Part shown: positions 59,855-64,000 of the stretch, piece by piece
Position numbering within the stretch: the first letter of the stretch is position 1
Layout: each line of letters starts with the position of its first letter
Assembly: GCA_023229435.1 (NCBI GenBank)
Contig: JALNZF010000014.1
Span: 1,445 to 65,444, forward strand
Direction: 5' to 3'
From: Nitrospirota bacterium
Lineage (GTDB): Bacteria > Nitrospirota > UBA9217
Length of the DNA: 64,000 nucleotides
Program-made: the position numbers and the translations under genes
Notes under the pieces: model-generated
Seen by the model: only the letters and a program-made list of their open reading frames with translations
Told to the model about the DNA's origin: nothing
Database searches by the model: none

Positions 59855-60745
59855 CTAATTTACCCTGTTCACAATATACTTCGCCAGTTCCCTTAGCGGG
59901 TCCGCCTTGTGGTCAAAATCCCTCAGGGAATGAATGGCCTTATCCGCAACCTCGTTGGCCCTCAGGCGCGATCCTTCGAGACCGAAAAAGCTGGGGAAGG
60001 TCCTCTTGCCTTTTTTCAGGTCGCTGCCGACGTCCTTGCCGAGCTCCTCCTGCTTACCCGTAATATCGAGGATATCATCAGCGATCTGAAAAGCGAGACC
60101 GGCCAGTTCACCATACCGGGTCAGGGCCTTGAGCCGTTTCTCATTTGCCTTCGCATAGATGGCGCCGACCCGCACTGAAGCACGGATGAGCGCGCCGGTC
60201 TTGTGAGTATGGATGTATTCGAGCGTGGGGAAATCGATCTCTTTGCCCTCGGACTCCATGTCAATCACCTGCCCTCCCACCATGCCGAAAACGCCGGACG
60301 CCGTGCTGATCTCTTTGATGGTGGTAATGAGCCTGTTCGCGGGGACCGCTTTTGTCCGGCGGGTATCGGACAGCACTTCGAATGCCATATTCAAAAGCCC
60401 GTCCCCCGCGAGGATGGCAATGGCCTCGCCATATACCTTATGGCAGGTCGGCCGTCCGCGCCTGAAATCATCATTGTCCATTGCGGGAAGGTCATCGTGG
60501 ATCAGCGAGTACGTATGAATGAGTTCCAGCGACCCTGCCAGGGGAAGCAGACCGGATGTCCTCGCGCCAAGCGCTTCGGCAGCCGCGATGGCCAGAATGG
60601 GCCGCACCCGCTTGCCGCCGGCAAAGAGACTGTAGCGCATGGCCTCATGCACCGAGGGCGGGAACATCTTCGCAGGGGGAACGAGCTTTTCGAGCGTCTT
60701 GTCAACGATGACTTTTTTTTTGGAAAGGTATGATATTATGTCCAT
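59855..60745 (-). CDS. ispA: (2E,6E)-farnesyl/geranylgeranyl diphosphate synthase
   Basis: FARM LIHDDLPAMDNDD and SARM FQIADDILD. ATG 60745 (MDIISYL) is preferred over the upstream ORF start. Confidence 0.92.
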   Translation of the reverse strand: MDIISYLSKKKVIVDKTLEKLVPPAKMFPPSVHEAMRYSLFAGGKRVRPILAIAAAEALGARTSGLLPLAGSLELIHTYSLIHDDLPAMDNDDFRRGRPTCHKVYGEAIAILAGDGLLNMAFEVLSDTRRTKAVPANRLITTIKEISTASGVFGMVGGQVIDMESEGKEIDFPTLEYIHTHKTGALIRASVRVGAIYAKANEKRLKALTRYGELAGLAFQIADDILDITGKQEELGKDVGSDLKKGKRTFPSFFGLEGSRLRANEVADKAIHSLRDFDHKADPLRELAKYIVNRVN

Positions 60746-60840
60746 AGGTGAGAAGCAAGCTCCAATTATCAAGCGCCAAATTACAAATAAGCGCCAATAT
60801 CCAAGCATCACATTCCAAACGTTTGGTCATTGCGATTTGT

Positions 60841-60999
60841 ATCTACTCAGGTCAAAATCTGTTAGCCGCGAAAGAACCCCCGATAAGACATTTCGAGGGC
60901 AGGCTCCAGGATCGCAGAGAGAATTAAAAACTGAAATACATGGTTTCAGGCTGTTCTTTGAGTTCTTTGCGTTCTTTTGCGGCCAACCTGAGTAGTTGC
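60841..60999. repeat. MITE-like element, copy C
   Basis: atctactcaggtcaaaatctgttagccgcgaaagaaccc..gcggccaacctgagtagttgc. The termini ctactcaggt / acctgagtag are inverted repeats. Confidence 0.8.
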
Positions 61000-61045
61000 T
61001 GTGATTTGGTAATTGGTTATTATTGGGAATTTGGAATTTGTTCCC

Positions 61046-61273
61046 TCATTCCTCTTCTTCAAACGGTTTCGCGACCATATTCCCGGCCTTATCTTTGAGC
61101 AGGATCTCCACCTTTCGCTCGGCCTCTTCCAGCCGGGTGTTGCAAATGCGTGAAAGCCGGATACCCTCCTCGAACAATTTCAGCGACTGCTCCAGCGGGA
61201 GATCTCCCTGCTCAAGCTTCTGCACGATTTCCTCGAGCCGCGCCAGCGCTCTTTCAAACTTTTTTTCCGCCAT
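61046..61273 (-). CDS. xseB: Exodeoxyribonuclease VII small subunit
   Basis: [44 protein letters not shown] is the XseB signature. Confidence 0.92.
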   Translation of the reverse strand: MAEKKFERALARLEEIVQKLEQGDLPLEQSLKLFEEGIRLSRICNTRLEEAERKVEILLKDKAGNMVAKPFEEEE

Positions 61274-61428
61274 ACCCGTAAACACTCCACCGGTGAAGAC
61301 AGTTTGGAAATTCCTGCGTTTAAAATTAATTATATCCGGAAGATAACGGCAAAATCAAGAGAAATAGGGTGAAAAGCGCTTTTTCTCTGTGAGAACGGTG
61401 TGTTGAATAATAGTGCGGCGAGAGGGCG

Positions 61429-62859
61429 CTAATCGATATATTGCTTTATATCGATCTTGGCCGCTTGAGGATCGATCGTACCAACGATGGAGCGTACATA
61501 CTTCCCGTTCACCGTCTCCAGGAGACTGACGTCCGCACCGGTCTCCCTTTCCGATCCGTCGAACGCGGTGAGAAGCAGTACCCGGGGCCGCAGAAGGTCA
61601 CGGGTCTGATGCATGACGAGCCCCACCTCGCCCGTATCCAGTTTGAGGACCGTACCAACCGGGAAGATCCCGATCATGTTGACAAAGGCTTTGACAAGGA
61701 TGGGGTCGAAGGCTTTTCCGCGATTCTTGAGCAGTATCCTGATCGCCTGATAAGGAGTTGTACGGGAACTGTAGTATACCCGGTTGGCGGTAATGGCTTC
61801 GTAGGCATCGGCGAGGGAAACGATCTGTGAAAAAAGATGCGGCTTATGGTCGTCTTCAACGTGAGGGTATCCATGGATGTCGCCATGCTGATGATGTTCA
61901 AAGGCCGCTACCATGGCCATTTTGGTAACCCCCGGGACATCAGCGAGGACCAGCGCCCCTTCCACGGGATGTTGTTGGATGATCCCCCACTCCTCCTCCG
62001 TCAGTTTTCCGGGTTTGTTGATAATCTCCAGCGGAAGGGTCACCTTGCCGATGTCGTGGAGGAGACCTGCTATCCCCAGGACGGCGATCTGGCGTTTTTC
62101 GAGCGACAGGAACGATCCCAGGGAAATGGCCAGAATGGATGTATTCACCGAGTGGGCGAACGTATATTCATCATACATCTTGATGCTTGTCAGGCCCATG
62201 AAGGCATCGCGGTTCTCAAGGATATCATCAACCATGGTCTGAACGGTCGTGTTCATTTTGCGCATGTTGACCGCCTTGTCAAGATGCACGGAGCGAATCA
62301 TCTCCTTCACCGTGCCTACGGCATCCGTATAGCCCGTGGAGGCCTTTTTTGCCTGTTTGATGGCGCTCCCGACCTTTTTATCAACGATAAGCGCCCGGTG
62401 GAGATCAATATGAGATATGCTTTCCTGATCGAGCGCTGCGTTGAGGCCTCCCTCGGATTCAAAGAACGCCGGCTCTTTGCTCATCAGGACGGCAAACTTG
62501 ATGATCTCCTGTTCCGTGAGGCCGGGCTTAAACATGATCCCGCCGATGTCTCTGATGACAAATTGCTCCATGACGAGGGACAGGCTCTGGTCAACAGGCA
62601 CTGAATGGGTCTCGAAAAACAGTTCTCCCCCGACAAGATAGAACGCCACTTCCTTTCGATCCACCAGCAATTCCCGGATCTTGGTCAAAAGCTTTTCGGC
62701 CGATGAAAGCGAGGAAGGGTGAGATTCAGGATAGAGGGTCGCGTTTTTCAACACAGCCGCCAAATACTGGAACGTGACCCTGGCCGCGGTGATCAGCTGC
62801 TGTTTCGCATAAAAGGACTGTTTCGCCTCTCCCCGGCTATCGCGTCGCTCGTCCGCCAT
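61429..62859 (-). CDS. HD-GYP domain protein (likely c-di-GMP phosphodiesterase) with N-terminal sensor region
   Basis: GLLHDIGK .. HHQHGDIHGYP motifs. Confidence 0.85.
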   Translation of the reverse strand: MADERRDSRGEAKQSFYAKQQLITAARVTFQYLAAVLKNATLYPESHPSSLSSAEKLLTKIRELLVDRKEVAFYLVGGELFFETHSVPVDQSLSLVMEQFVIRDIGGIMFKPGLTEQEIIKFAVLMSKEPAFFESEGGLNAALDQESISHIDLHRALIVDKKVGSAIKQAKKASTGYTDAVGTVKEMIRSVHLDKAVNMRKMNTTVQTMVDDILENRDAFMGLTSIKMYDEYTFAHSVNTSILAISLGSFLSLEKRQIAVLGIAGLLHDIGKVTLPLEIINKPGKLTEEEWGIIQQHPVEGALVLADVPGVTKMAMVAAFEHHQHGDIHGYPHVEDDHKPHLFSQIVSLADAYEAITANRVYYSSRTTPYQAIRILLKNRGKAFDPILVKAFVNMIGIFPVGTVLKLDTGEVGLVMHQTRDLLRPRVLLLTAFDGSERETGADVSLLETVNGKYVRSIVGTIDPQAAKIDIKQYID

Positions 62860-63883
62860 CGCCCTGTCTCCTCTCGATTTCCTTCATGGACTGCAGCGCC
62901 GCGGAGCGGAGCTCCAATTGGAGCGTCCTCGATCTCCACCATTTTACGCGTCGATATCTGTTCAGAAATTCTCCCGCATCCGCTCCACCGATCTTTCCCA
63001 GCGTCTTGATCGCCTCGAGCGTAAGCTCCTGGTTGCTCTTCTTAAGCGGCCTGTTGGCCAGGAAATCCATAAGAGCGTTTGCCGCTTCAAGGCCGGCCCC
63101 CTTCACTACTGCGATACCGCGAATGGACATCAACTGGATATCCGCCTCTTTGTCGTTCAAAAACGTCGCCAGCAGGCTTGCCGCCTTTTTCCCGCCGATC
63201 GAGAGCAGCCCCTTGACCACTTCCTGCCGAATCCGGAAATTAGCATGGCCGGCCACTTTGCTGAGGAACGCTATCGCCTGGTCGGCCTTGCTCTCCCCAA
63301 GGATGCTCACGATATTGCGCACATAGTACCAGCGTTCGTCCGCAAGGTGCTCACCGATCAACATGATCTGGTTCTTTCCCAGGTCTTTTGCAAAATCGAG
63401 GTACGCTTTTCTTGTCGACCGGTCTTTTTCTTCCGCGAGCAGTTCCAGCAGCACTTCAGTCGACTCACGTTCCATGATGGACAAATAGGAATAGGCTGCA
63501 ACATACTCAGGAGAGCCTTTGGGGTATCGCCGCAGATCGGCGATCGTCTCCATGATATTGGATCGGGACGCCGCCTTCCTGATCGCTTCCATCATGCGCG
63601 GTTTGAATACCGGGTCAACAGGCGTAAGGAACGCACTACCGATCATCAGGGCTGTCGTGTAATCCTTTTTCTTGAGAAGATAGCTCATCATGTCCTCGAG
63701 CTGGTGAACGACACTCGAAAGCAGTTCAATCTCTTTTCCCGCGGTGGCCGGGCGATGATGGTCCTTCATCTGGAGCAGTAAAAAGAGCAGTGTGCGCACT
63801 GCCGCCTCGATTATGTCGGACTCCATACCCGCCGTGCTCATATTCTTGAGCGCCTCCATCTCTTCCGGAGTATACTCCGCCAT
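62837..63883 (-). CDS. HEAT-repeat protein. The frame stays open to the window end, so the gene may be longer.
   Basis: HEAT/PBS-lyase-like repeats (..R..A...L..IG...A...L...L.D....). The 39 codons from 64000 to 63884 are in frame and stop-free (..TVPTPTLSFPPTPASLEGVPISPD..). Confidence 0.65.
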   Translation of the reverse strand: MAEYTPEEMEALKNMSTAGMESDIIEAAVRTLLFLLLQMKDHHRPATAGKEIELLSSVVHQLEDMMSYLLKKKDYTTALMIGSAFLTPVDPVFKPRMMEAIRKAASRSNIMETIADLRRYPKGSPEYVAAYSYLSIMERESTEVLLELLAEEKDRSTRKAYLDFAKDLGKNQIMLIGEHLADERWYYVRNIVSILGESKADQAIAFLSKVAGHANFRIRQEVVKGLLSIGGKKAASLLATFLNDKEADIQLMSIRGIAVVKGAGLEAANALMDFLANRPLKKSNQELTLEAIKTLGKIGGADAGEFLNRYRRVKWWRSRTLQLELRSAALQSMKEIERRQGDGGRATR

Positions 63884-64000
63884 GTCCCGTGCTATATCGG
63901 CAAGGTCCGGGGAAATCGGAACCCCCTCGAGAGACGCGGGCGTCGGCGGAAAAGAAAGAGTCGGCGTGGGTACGGTCTTCTTTGTTGACGATTGTTTCAG

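Overview
This is a 64-kb chromosomal window from a diderm bacterium, as shown by BamD, Lgt/LspA and PBP1A. Coding density is high and most genes lie on the minus strand. Housekeeping genes: eno (partial), a phosphohexomutase, hisS, bamD, tRNA-Leu(CAG), rlmN, rluD, lgt, lspA, ileS, mrcA-like PBP1A, tlyA, and the conserved xseB-ispA-dxs operon. Sensory genes: two PAS/HisKA/HATPase/REC hybrid histidine kinases and an HD-GYP protein. The main accessory region is a complete type I-E CRISPR-Cas locus at about 34.5-49.7 kb. Its array has 56 repeats of 29 bp and 55 spacers of 32 bp. The locus is unusual in four ways. (1) A WYL-domain regulator and a stand-alone DEDDh (DnaQ-like) exonuclease are tightly packed or overlapping in front of cas3. 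(2) A 1.6-kb insertion splits cas6e from cas1-cas2. It carries an opposite-strand HigB-2/HigA-2-like toxin-antitoxin pair and a truncated DUF1016 gene. (3) A diverged remnant of a second cas6e 3' end sits in frame directly after the intact cas6e stop. The cas6e-to-cse1 lines sampled by eye are much more AT-rich than the cas1 line sampled. (4) The insertion contains a pair of about 80-nt direct repeats and a cluster of GACA..TGTC palindromes. A second candidate for new biology is a three-gene minus-strand cluster at 7.7-12.5 kb. It encodes a form-IV RuBisCO-like protein, an SDR with an N-terminal CxxC..CxxC extension, and a transketolase-like ThDP enzyme whose canonical N-terminal His motifs are replaced. 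Intergenic regions carry several families of short palindromic or MITE-like repeats. All calls rest on reading the sequence and the ORF track by eye. No database search was run.
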